Shown here piece by piece: positions 38,019 to 49,139 of a stretch of 64,000 nucleotides of DNA. This stretch comes from Phoronis australis (taxonomy: Eukaryota > Animalia > Phoronida). The number at the start of each line of letters is the position of its first letter. The stretch's first letter is position 1. Below the pieces are notes generated by a model. It ran no database searches. It had not been told where the DNA came from and saw only the letters and a list, made by a program, of their open reading frames with translations. The position numbers and the translations under genes are program-made. The DNA is taken from positions 131,642-195,641 of the forward strand of contig NMRA01000350.1 in assembly GCA_002633005.1 (NCBI GenBank), given 5' to 3'.

Positions 38019-39177
38019 CAAGTATCATGAGTCCAAAGCAGTTACTGTTGTTTCAGTTTCTCGAGACCCATGCGTTAGGCAGTTACACTTTTAAACGAAA
38101 ATTATGAACACAAGTGGAATATCGAATTAAAATAACACAATCTGCAAAAGAATATTTAATCTTCCTCGTGAAGAATGTCTACATACACGGAGTACAGTGG
38201 GGCTATTCGACGCGGTGTCGCTGCTGTACTAGTAGTGATTGAATTGCGCAAGTGTCGCTGTCTGCATGTAAACAGATGATAAAAGACGGTATTTTGTTAT
38301 CAAAATACATCGTCGCGCTAAGCCTTATTCTTGCTATTTTCCTTGGTGCAAGTCTTCGACAGGTGGGCACAAATTCCCAAAAGACCTAAGCTTTCTACAG
38401 GCGTGGAGAATTGGGTCAAAAGGGTCAAACAAGTGACAAAAATGTGTGGAAGCCGAAGCCTCACGCCCCTTGTGTGCTCTATGCATTTCCATTGAGAGAC
38501 TACTTAATCACGTTACTTGGTAAGTTTTTAGCAATTAAGTTTCTATGCACGTCGCTCAGTGATGTTATCCCCACCAGTTACCCCACTGAATAACGGGTTT
38601 ATTCAGTTGAACTACTAAGTGTTTGTCGTCAGAAACTCAGCCGGTACCCGGATGGTAGGCTAGCAGCACATATCCAAATATTGTCTTGGGTGGGAGTGAT
38701 CCCGGCGAGGTGTATGGGACGTGCCGCTCAGAAGTCAAGGGTGACTTTTTCACAGCAGTTACTTTACAAAACTATGTTATGTCCCATAAAATTCTCTAGA
38801 TGATCTTATTTTATAGCGGTCCCCATTCCCAGGAATTCCAGATTATAGTTAGCCAATTAATATGAATGAGCTTCATGTATTCTAACAGTGAGTTCGTAAC
38901 ATTGCATTGGAATAAATATTGACACCTAGAATGAATTTTCTTTGTTGAGATCATAAACAAATTTTAGTTGTCATGAAAAATACATATTCTTAAATCACTT
39001 TTAGTCTGTTTCACATATTTTAATTGAGATCTTAAACATGGCTTCGGTACAAAGATTATTAGTTTCTACATATAAACATGAAGATGAAATGTCAAGTAAG
39101 TTCTGCCTTACAAAAGTAGTTTTGTCTTGTGTATTCTTTTATAATTTGCTAATATTTCTCTGACTATTCTATTACAG

Positions 39178-42104
39178 GTGAGAGACAACGACTGAAACCA
39201 GCCTGTTTACCATCTATTTTACCTTTCAACAAAGTGAAAAGCAGTCCTTCAGCAATAACCAGAGGGAATGGAACCTCTCAATTCAGAAAGTCAGCCCTTG
39301 CATCGGGAAAATTACAATTGTTTTTAACAAATAATGTTGTTCCGTCGTATGTATGTGGTTGTTCACTTTGCCACTTTGTTTTTAAATACACTGATAATTG
39401 TTTATTCTCAAATCTCGTGCACAGCAGAGTCTTATCCAGCTACCAACGATTGAAAACATACTTTGCTTGCAAGTGGAACTTTTATTATAGACAAGTTAAC
39501 ACAAAACTTAAAACTGTTCAAAGTCCTTAAGAAAGCTCTAAAAATAGTTTTACACATAAGCAAATCAAATGCAATCAAAGGGATTATACTTCGTTTTGAT
39601 CGCCGGACATTTCTATAGGTCAACTGGAAAATGACAATTCGCAAAGGTAATTCTTAACTACTTCACCACAACTACACTGTCTCGTGCTTTAAAAATGAAG
39701 AAATCTTGTGGTTTGAATAATTAGTGACAAACTTGCTTGTTCATAAAAAAATTATTCGATCATCAAAGTGTAACATTAACGACCTTTTTACTGACCAGAT
39801 GAGACAATCGATGCAGTACATGAATGCCATTTCATCATAATGCGTACCAAGTTGAAAAGTTTTTACCATTAGCATAAAGCCTTTCTTCCAAAAGGAAAAG
39901 TTGATGTCACTCAGTGAGAAAGGACGGGTCCAGATGATTTTTGGTTTTCATTTCACTGGGACCGAGTTTCAATGGCATACAGAAACGCTTGTAAAAAGGT
40001 CCAGTTTTGACATGTGTCTTTCCTTCATGTAACCTCATTCAGCCTCAATAAAGTCCACAATTAGATCCTTGAAGGTAACCAAGACATCATATCACTTTAC
40101 TCGCTTTGTTCCCAAAATCTGACCCTGAACTAGACCAGAGTGTTACTAGGTCTTCTTTAGCTTCAGTCCCTCATGTATCTTCCAGGAAAGGAAATAAGCA
40201 ATTGCTGTCCACACATGACTCATTGCCTATGAAAGGACATCCTCACCAATGAGGCTGGCTGGTGTAACAGTCAGATATAGTTCCTCTTCACACACAAACA
40301 AACCACTGGCACATTTTTCATATGGTAACTAAGTACTGCGATTCACATTTCTCCACGGCCACTGGCTTGTACATTGTGCCATGCAGCACTGCTGGTGTGT
40401 GGACGACATGCTGTGGGAAGAGAAAGGAGTAACAAAGCTTGTCTATGTTGCGGCTCTTAAAACGGTCGCTGAACCTAGAACAAATATTGAAACATGAATA
40501 ACTAAGAACGTCAGGTCGGGAAAAAAATGTTGCCCTTTCTTCAAAAATATGATATGGCAACAGCTTTACAATTTCACACAAAATTAAATATGTATTATTT
40601 CCAGAGGGCACGGGTGTATATAATATAATTGTTGATTTGCATAGAAGTGCGTCGTTACTTTTCATTCCCAGCAATAACAATGCTGTAAACGCTTCACTTG
40701 TCTGCAAAATATTCTATTTGAAACAACTTCAAACCTTTGTTACTCATTTTCACGCCTTTTGATTTTTGATACTTTCAGCAGTTATAAACACCGATTACAG
40801 ATTCATGGGTCTGTCAAGCACACTTCTGGTCTAAGGCCGAGGAACCGTTCCTCAGATTTTTATTTTTCTTCTAATAGAGGGTATTAAAACTTGGGTCACT
40901 TTTAAGTGACAATATTTGTCACTTTTAAGTGACAAACATTATCCATCATTTTTAAAAAAATGATGGATAATGTTTGTGTTCTTTAAGAGTAATTAAAAAC
41001 CCTAAGGCACCATTGTTTGAATATTGGCAGTAAGAATAAAATATGTTCAAATATGACCTCACTCGTATGTTGACATCAAAAATGCAATTTTCACAAAAAT
41101 GACAGTCGTATGAATAACTTGCAACATTTCGAGGCATAAGTTAAGACTGTTCAGTTGTTCAGAATTCAGAGAATGTAAAATATTTTTTAGGGGTTTACAA
41201 TGGATAGCAAAACAGTTCCATGAAACGTGAAAGAGCTTCATGAAGGTTAAGAATTACCTCACCATGCTCTTTCCCCCGGACACTATTACCTGTTATTTCC
41301 ACACATTTAGTTGCACCAAATTTTACAAACCCGACCCCCTATTCCAACCCCCCCCTAAGGACCTGAAGAAGTAAATTAACAAAACAACTTATGTACCTTT
41401 ATCAAAAAAGCTGTCTCTTTTCAAAGGCTTTGTTCTTTGAATCCGATATAGAAAGTAGACTTTGACAACAGATCTGCACTGGATAGGATTAGGAAGATCT
41501 TGCTGGTTAGCTGCCTGCAGTCAACTGCTTAAAACCAATTCGTCCATTCAGGAACGGTTGAAGAAGCGATGCATAGCCCTCAAACCTAAAAAATAAAAGT
41601 CAGGCGAAAACAGATTTGATATATTTCCATGTCAACGTGTAATATATTTCCGGAGGACAAAGGATAGGGAGTAAAAATAGTCTAATGGATATTTGTCACG
41701 TACCCTTTGGGCTTGGATTGTAGTCTTACCTCACTAAAAATATCGAGTTGACAGCACAAACATTCGACATTGATTGATGTAACTGTCACTGATAAACCTT
41801 TTAGAAATCATTCCAAACATAAATAATAATGATTTGATATACGAAAAAATTCCGAGTGCTATGTCAAGTATCGTAACACACATCAGTCATCACTACACAC
41901 AATGATTAACTGACTGTCAACTGACGCGAAGTCGACATCGGCCAGTACCTCAATGAACAGGTATCAGTACTGTAAACATGGAATAATCGTTAAAATAATC
42001 ACAAACCTTACCTTTGTTTAATGTCATGCTTACTTCTCCTCGCAGAAGCACCCTTTTCACGCAATCTCAGATTTAGTTGGCCCGGCTGCAAGCTATTTCA
42101 CCAT
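39178..42104. mobile_element. Decayed ISL2EU/Harbinger-related DNA transposon: SAP + YqaJ exonuclease relic on -, THAP tail on +
   Basis: Minus ~39990-40490 reads SRFSDRFKSRNIDKLC...TPAVLHGTMYKPVAVEK / SGLFVCEEELYLTVTPASLIGED / VQGQILGTKRVK*YDVLVTFKDLIVDFI, matching YqaJ motifs HG..YE, GL.V...YL.ASPDGL and QVQGQ. Minus 42012-42104 reads LREKGASARRSKHDIKQR|gt (SAP-like). Plus 39178+ reads ERQRLKPACLPSILPF (THAP AVPTIF-box-like). Termini were not found. Confidence 0.65.
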
Positions 42105-42365
42105 GTAGGCTTATTTAAAAGGCTCGCGAAATCGAGGCTGCTTAATCTATCACAACTAGTACACGCACGCCCTCTAGTAATGTAAAGATTGTCTAATTGT
42201 TGTCAACCGTAATGAAATGATTCCGCTTGGCTGACAAACTAAATATAAAGCTACGTATGAGGTGTCAAACATGAGGCAGTTGCTCTTTGAGAACGGACGT
42301 GATAATCTTAAACGAGCAGATTTTCCAATTTCTAATACGAAATTTAACGAAATATACACCTGCAG

Positions 42366-42560
42366 CAGTGGCAGATTTAGGTGGGGGGGGGGGGGGGAAN
42401 AAGGGGGGCAGTTCGGGGTGCGAATCGCCGACTGGCATATGCGAGCACCTAAGGGGCTCGGGCGGCGGGAATGCACAATGCATAGCCTTGAGCAAACCCC
42501 GCACCGGCCCCCCAAAAAAATTTCAGGCGTCAGGGTTAAACCGTGGAAACTGACATAGGC
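42366..42560 (+). mobile_element. Family A-related short element containing an assembly N in a poly-G run
   Basis: Starts CAGTGGCAGATTTAGG; contains GGCAGTTCGGGG.TGCGAAT, shared with 4998-5150. Confidence 0.55.
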
Positions 42561-44540
42561 GTGGGGCCGGGGACAGCCAAGAAAAGAAAGACTGCGAAAT
42601 GCGGATAAGAGAGAAAATTCAAGAGAACTTTTAACAACTCTGTATCAGTGCATGGTTTACATTTTGAGGACCCTGGCCAGGACATTGTCGTTAGGGTCTC
42701 CGCTTTTGCAGCACAGGTCGTCTAAACGCACTTGAAAACATGCACGAAATCAATCATACATATATTTCAAAAAATCGAAAAAATGTGTGAAGCGAAACTT
42801 TTGCGGAATTTTTAAATTCCATAAGTCAATTTTGCTAATGCAAAACTATATTTTTGCAGATGCCCTTCTCTGGCAAGGGATGACGGGGACAACTTTCGCT
42901 ATATTTTTCTCTCGAATCTGTATATTACTTGAGAAAAATTGATGACCTGACAGATAACATCAATTGCTGCGCATTTCTTTATATTTGAAAATATAGAAAT
43001 TTTCATATTTAGGGGCCCCACCCTTGAAGAAGGCCATTGATGACATTCAATTGGTCACCTTTTTGTGTTTTTATTGACAAATTCTGAAGGGGCCGCTCAC
43101 TGAAAGAGGGCCCAATGTTGGAATCGATTACACCTATTTTCCTGTTTTTGTGTGAAATCGAGCAACCGGAAAGAGGTCATTCCCTGCATCGTTTTGGGAC
43201 CACACGACGGTGGAATGCAGTGTCACCCTTTTTCCAAGCTAATCAAAAGGTCTATTTCCGATGGTTATAAAATAATGTTACTTTTTCTCGTAGTATCACA
43301 AGAATAACATCTCTTTTAAAGATGGTTGCTATGAATTGTTTCTAAGGAATTCCCACATGTGGAAAATACTGCTGTCCAGGTTGCTATTTGTGATGACCCT
43401 GTACATGTCGAAATGGGGTACTCAAAAAACTCTCGCAATCGGAAACAAAGATTTCAGCGTTTATTTGTCAGTGGAGTTGAAGTTTACCTCGTGAACCGTT
43501 ATAGGTACCTCTAAAATGAGTAAAAATACATCTTAATACGAATGCATCAGCTCCCATATTCCCCCGGTTACCCGTCAAAGACTGCTAGCATGCATGCGGA
43601 AACTGCTCATAACATTCCGTTTTGATAAACAAATTCCTTGGTTTCGGATTTACTTGTTTATGTATATATAAAAATAAATAGATTCATAGATGATATTTGA
43701 CAATTAGAAGCTAATCTTGTAAGAATTGATGATGTTTCAGTGGATATGATTACAGCCTGAAGTTGGAAAAAGTCAATAATCCGACCCCAAATAGTAAAGG
43801 ACACTTACATGTATAGACGATTTTTGCATATCTAAAATAACTCTCAGGCATTGATGGAATATGGATTCAAAAACCCGCAGATAGAAAAGGCGTTTTAAAT
43901 CTCCTCAAATAAATAAAATTAAAATCATTGCTTGGAAAGGTTGTGTTTGCACTTCCTTGGTGTTTTTAGTTTCCAGTAGTATTCAGCAATGATTTTTTTT
44001 TCAAAACTGAATTGACTGTTTGTCCTGATTCGCTTGCTCGTCATGACTGACGTACCGACGTCAAAAATAAAATGTAACCCTGCAGTAGGCCCGCGCAGAA
44101 TCTCAGTGATCCACAGGAACTGAATTTGAACTCCAGGCGTTCAGGATGTGTGTGCATTTTTGGGACACACTATCCTTTTCCCAAGCCACCATAAACTGGA
44201 CTACCGGTCGTGTTTCAACTAGGCATTTTGAAACAGCCCCAAAGGCTTTGGGACCTCACCTTTTCAAAAAACTTCAAAGAATGACCATAATAAAAGTTTT
44301 CCCGAAACAGGATGAAAATAAAACGAATCTTGACTTTAGAGCGAGCGCAGACGACTGGTACGAGCTTGTTGTCTCAAGTGAATCACAGCTTAACTGACCA
44401 GCAACTAGCTTTAGTTCATCGGGAATTTCGTATTTTCATACTGTTAGATCTCAACTATTTGGGGCAGCTCCTCTTACTCTACGTGTTGGTTCACGGTTAC
44501 TCAACTCTTGGTGGCTTCACTGATCTCCGCAGGATTGTCC

Positions 44541-44700
44541 CAGGGGCGGATTCAGGATTTTGAGTTGGGAGCAGCCTGGAAGGGCAGAGTATTAGCCATG
44601 GTTTTACCCGTCCGAAATTTGCACCCCCGAACTGCCAAATGAAATATGAGAGAATATTACGGAGGCCATGTCCCCTTGGCCACCCCTAAATCCGCTACTG
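44541..44700 (-). mobile_element. Family A short element
   Basis: Full-length reverse-complement homologue of 4998-5150 (CAGGGGCGGATTCAGGATTTTGAGTTGGG...CCCCTAAATCCGCTACTG). Confidence 0.75.
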
Positions 44701-45192
44701 TGCGGTTCAAATACGGTGGCAACATGGGGCGAAGGGGTCGGGGGACGGAGGAAGGTAGAGGTGGTGGCGAATGGCGGGGGGTTGTTTGGCGAAGTCGAAA
44801 TGGTTTGTGCCCCCAATAACTTTTCCCTTCCTACGGGCCTGTATAACTTAATTTTATTTTTAACAGCACAGCCGGAGATTAGAGCAATTATCGAACAAAA
44901 GAGAGCTGGCCCTCCAACCATTAATGCCAGAATGGTGTTAACCATTCTTGTAAGATACTGGCTACAGGGGTCATCTTCCCAACTTGTAGGGCTATAGAAT
45001 CGAACAAGTTGAGAGCAACGGAAAACGCCGTAATGTAATTTCGTAAAATCCTGTAGGAAGGAACATCAAAATTGTCTGCATCACCGAGCTTAAAATGTAC
45101 ACATTCGCCTAGTTACGAGAGAGCCACAATGCGCCAAGTACTTATTTTAATGAATATTTATGCAAGCTTTTTGCCAATATTATGGTAAATAA

Positions 45193-48100
45193 TCACAGAT
45201 CACGATTACGAACCAAAACACAGACTGTGCATCGACCGACATTGTTCAAATGATCTCCAGCTTTCAACGTGACCGCTTTGACGTTCAATCCATCGTCCAG
45301 GATGGAGACCAGCCAAAAACTGTATTTTTCTGAGTAAAAATGACACTGGCCACGTGACGTGCATTCAACGTAGGGGTTAACTCGGAACGTTTCCATGCAG
45401 CTTCCTGGACTCTCTAACCTTTGACCTCCGCCAAAATCACCGACGGCGTGCTGTGGGAATTAAAAACAGTACACGTAAAATGAAATTGAGAGTTCACTTC
45501 GATATTAATGAATTAGAACACTAGTCTCAAAACGTATCTTGTTTAATCTGAGTGCAGGTGATGTCTAAAAGGATTGGTACCTTTCCCTCGCGTCAAAGAG
45601 AAACATCATATGATTTAATCGTTGACACAATAAATAATTACACATTTTCCAAAAACATCGAAATGCCACCGCAATTAATTAATGACATACCCTGAAGATA
45701 TCCCACCATTCTACTGAAAGCCTTTATGACGTTTCATTTAATGACGTTTTTACCATGGCAACATGGTGATAGAACCAAGAAACGAAAATCTTGAGATAAG
45801 TACTTCTTTACACTATGGTGTGATTCAAGACAATAATTATGGTCAGACTGTGGAGTTTCAAAATAAAAAATCATGTACATGACGTATTCTACGGACGGGC
45901 AGAGTAGTGAATCCTACCAGTTTTTGCGATTGCGCGCACATGGAAAAATCTACATGTTCAATGGGGTCAAAATTTCTACAATGACTAGTTGGACAAGACT
46001 GCAGAAAAGGTAAACAAAATGAGGAGATGGCCGTTTCATGTCCTCTCGAGGATACCATGTTCCCAAATTGCAGGAATGCGTCTTGTTGAATAACGCATAG
46101 GAAGAGAAACTTTTGTAACCAAGCATAAACAAAAAGCTGGATAAAAATCTGACGACGGCTATCAGTGAAACAGTATCTTCAAATGCGCATTTCCTTAGCT
46201 TAAGCTGAAGGCAAAATAAGAGGCCAGAAACGTGCCGTGGAATCTGTTATACAACGTATAGTTGTGATTAAATGTGGCATTAAAGGACACAGAACGTTGC
46301 ATGCATAGAGGAACAAGCACGGGCTTCGCATCTCAAAAGACATTGGATTAACGCAATCAGTGAAGTTTTGAGTAAAGGATGCAATTCCTTTATTTAGCTG
46401 TTCGACGGAAAAATTAACCAAGAAAGGCTAAAGCTTTTTTCGGTGCAAGGGCTGAGGAACGTGTCAAATCTGTGGGCCCTGTGACAGAGATATGCGAGAT
46501 CAAGGTGACATACGGCAGGAACAAAAAGTTACACTTGTACATGTATAACATTTACCTGCATACGAATTGTATGCATACTATATAAGTGGATAGCCGATAT
46601 GCCAGAATAACGAAATGAAAGGTTTTTGGAGTATTCTCAACATGTGGAAACAAGAAGTTGGATGAAACTGCCTTCGTGTGATTTCACTGGCTCCGCTGGC
46701 TCAAATGGCCAAGAGAGCTGATTGGTCCGTAAGCCGGAAGTCGTCGCCGACAACCAATCAGATGTCATAGCCGGTTGACCGAGCGAAACCGGCGAAGTCA
46801 AACAAATACAGCCCATATCTTCAAACACCAAAAGCCATGTCCATGCTTGCAGTCGTCATTAGTTTCCCTATGGGATACACGAGGGCAGAATAATCCCTCT
46901 TGCACGTGTTCGGCAAATTTATGATCGACTACAAGCAGTCTACCCTGTAAACCAACGGAAGCAGTTAATTGTTCCTGAAATACCGATAATGATCAGAGGT
47001 TTTGTTACCAGACACAAAAGACACAAGGTAAGTGCACGATTTTGATATTCATACAAGAAGCTGGACAGCAGCGTTTACAAGAAATGAGAATCAGTTATCG
47101 CAAACTTTGAAATAGTTTAAGTGCGAGTATAGATAAGCAAATTACTCACCATAACGAAACTGTACCCGTCCCAAAGGGATTTCCATCCTCTTGGACATTG
47201 TGGTATCGAGTTGGTTTGACTATGAAGCGCCATTACTGGGGCGGGTGCCTGGCAGACAGAACACCTGCTGATGTACGGAATAACATCCGGTCCTTCCACT
47301 GGCATCATCGGGGTCTGTTTGCTAGTGGACAGCCAGTAACTCGTTGCCGTTCGACGCGCGTAATTGCACACGTTGTGGATGTTACAAAACATAAATGGCA
47401 TTGGGCTGAATTTCCGCATACATGACCCAGAACTTCCTGTAATGAAACAGTATTCAGGTACATATCGCAAAACTGCGCTTGAGACACCACATTGTGGTGC
47501 CCCCCGAAAATTTGGTTTCGTCTCTCAGTATATTCTAGGTAACAAGTAACACCTACTAGTCTGTCATTGGGGTTAATATCGGACTATACATACATGTGTA
47601 ATGTAACTGTCGGTAGTCAACTAGCTAGCGAGTAAAAAGTTTTCACGTTATCAAAAATACATGTTAGACTGATAAAAAACACTTATAAAATCGCCTACTT
47701 TCTGATCTGTGCATGCCCGCAATGAAGCACTGTATATGGGAATTAAGACGCATTTTGCAAAGAATTCCAACTTCACTTTTTGGTGTTGTGAGTTTGTTCA
47801 CAGCACGCGATAACTACCGGTAAGCTTACTGTAGGTGACGTAATACTAGTTAGGAATATACCTGCAACCTAAAATGGCGGCCTGCGAGGGAAGCTCAAGT
47901 GAAAGTCTACAGAGATATGTTTACATTATGCGGATTCAAAAGAGAATGCCACTCGATTTATTTCATTTTTTACCGTCCTAATCGGTCTATATCTACATCA
48001 CCCCGATCTCACCTCACCCAGAGGTGTCACGTTAACCTGTGAGAAAGGTGAGTAAACAAAGTAGCGACATCGGTGGCTCTTCAGCTGAGTGTGTGCCACG

Positions 48101-49139
48101 ATGGGGTGGCGTATCGTTATGCTTGTGCGAAACATTAAGCTGGATGGAAGGCGAGTGTATCTTTTTTCGATTTTTTGAGAACCCGAAATGCTTCGCAATT
48201 GACTCGTGGCAGTAAACAAAAGTACGCCGTTAATACGAAGTATGAGGCCGTGAAATATCTCCGTGCCTGTGCTGGCATTATTCTGTTTCAAAAGAAATTA
48301 TTCTCGCCCTAACCAATGTTTACATGAAACTGAAACAAAGTGACAAAATCTGTCTCTGTAGATACAGTTTGCAATCCGTTTGGAGTGTTCGTGAGTGCAA
48401 ATGCGTTGAGAAACCAACAATGGATAAACCATTCTGCGTTACTGGCTTCAGATGCAATAAAACTGAAAATGACCCGAGAGTGTGTGAGCGTATGCTAATT
48501 CAGTGTTTGCTGAGAGAAAACTGTTGTGAAATAATAATTCGGTTTTATATGAATTTTGGCGATTTTACTGGTGTAAAGCGATAAAGTCAAGCGATAAGCT
48601 GACACAGTAAGCGTGTTGTGAACTGCTAAGCAGACGGTGTTAGAACCTATGGCGTCATGGGCTAATTTCATTACCTTGCTTTTATCGATATAAATTGATT
48701 CAAATTACGTTGTTTTTGGTACCGTTTTCCTTATAATAATTCTTTGCTTTCATGTGCATGCTTCATTAGATAATAAAGCAAGCAAATTTTAATAGAAAAT
48801 ATAGCCACCTCTCGTTGAGTCTCAACAGAAGTGACGCAACTCCTTAAGTAAATTCCTGTCCAATATGTATATAGACACCCTTCATTTGATATTTCACAAA
48901 AGACACTTAACAAGTTGGTGTTGTACTTGAATACTAACGAATGGAATTTTCTCTTTGCTCCTCGAAGGTCTTACCTAAATCTTGCACATGCGCCCTGCCC
49001 TCATCTTCAGTGTGTAAGAGACTGTAACCATCCCACATTTTTGCATAACCTTGTGGGCACTCAGGAGTGCGGTCTGATTGGCTGTGACGCGTGATGACGT
49101 AGGCCGACGGCCCGGCGTTACCCTTTGGTCCTACTTCTC
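45193..49139 (-). CDS. NC1 (two C4 repeats) coding exons of the collagen IV gene
   Basis: Exons 48975-49139, 47150-47436 and 45193-45450. PMMP, GD.GGGQ and KYSFW are alpha2-type features. Confidence 0.95.

Noticed and set aside
42530-43403. CAGGGT...ACCCTGTA ends suggesting a Tc1/mariner MITE
   Set aside because: The inverted match is only ~6 bp, and no transposase relic or second copy was seen.
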